Shown one piece after another: positions 63,495-64,000 of a stretch of 64,000 bases of DNA. How positions within the stretch are numbered: position 1 is the stretch's first letter; every line of letters starts with the position of its first letter. The DNA comes from Dipteris shenzhenensis (taxonomy: Eukaryota). The stretch is from assembly GCA_047967505.1 (NCBI GenBank), contig CM106538.1. One strand, written 5' to 3'. The notes beneath the pieces were generated by a model. That model was not told the DNA's origin and ran no database searches. It saw nothing but the letters and a program-made list of their open reading frames with translations. The translations under genes were made by a program, and so were the position numbers.

Positions 63495-64000
63495 TGTTGA
63501 TGGAGAGGTCTTATCGGAGAGCAACAACGAAAGGGAGGACACCAAAATTGTGGGTGCTAACTCACCCAGATCAAGGTAAGCTCTTATTATGTATGTATGG
63601 TATAAAGGGGTATATACTAGGCCATTGGCCTTTACCCCAACAACCTCCCACTTAAAGGCCAATGCGCCTTTAAGGGAGAATATGGGCATCCTAATGTCAT
63701 CCAACACCCATCAATACTCTGCAATGTATAAACCGCTCTGAGGAAAGACTCTTTGTAAGAAGATCTGTAGGGTTCTCATCTGTGTGATCCTTGACAAGCT
63801 GGATGCACTTGTCCTCAATCACCTCTCTGATGAAGTGATACTTTACATCAATATGCTTTGTCTTCGCATGGAAGACAGGATTCCATGCCAACTGGATGGC
63901 ACTCTGACTATCACAGTGTAAAACTGGAACCTCTCCTACAATGCTCAAGTCTCCCACTAGACGAGTAAGCCACATAGCTTCCTTGCATGCCTCAGTGGCT
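63495..64000 (-). mobile_element. 3' end of a third Copia family: RNase H C-terminus, PPT and a 148-bp 3' LTR
   Basis: ORF 63697-63975 has CDSQSAI...FHAKTKHIDVKYHFIRE...DLLTKSL. PPT AAGTGGGAGG at ~63644-63653. LTR 63495-63642 is bounded by TGTTG...CAACA. Confidence 0.88.

Overview
Land-plant nuclear DNA dominated by transposable elements; the PLS-PPR debris and TE families look fern-like, but the species cannot be determined from sequence. All family assignments are motif recognition by eye, with no searches run. One near-intact host gene is present: a two-exon GT-1/GT-3-clade trihelix transcription factor (~36174-37120) whose first exon has no in-frame AUG. The left end (1-4482, resuming at 10641) is the most unusual part. 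A degenerate TTTAGGG array precedes, within 4 kb, decayed coding exons for an FCP1/NIF-type HAD phosphatase, a minimal SET domain, an unknown antisense exon and a DUF7869/Sola-like DDD transposase. This is a candidate DNA transposon carrying chromatin/transcription-modifying cargo. The transposase is interrupted by a Copia element (4483-10640, TSD GATAG), which is itself interrupted by a very young non-coding LTR element (6006-8820, TSD TAAAG). A second nest (Copia C, 48752-54129, TSD AATCC, inside another copy of family A) is partly duplicated 19450 bp upstream with the same insertion junction. The rest is hAT, Gypsy/Tat, Copia, LINE and PPR remnants, microsatellites and short tandem duplications.
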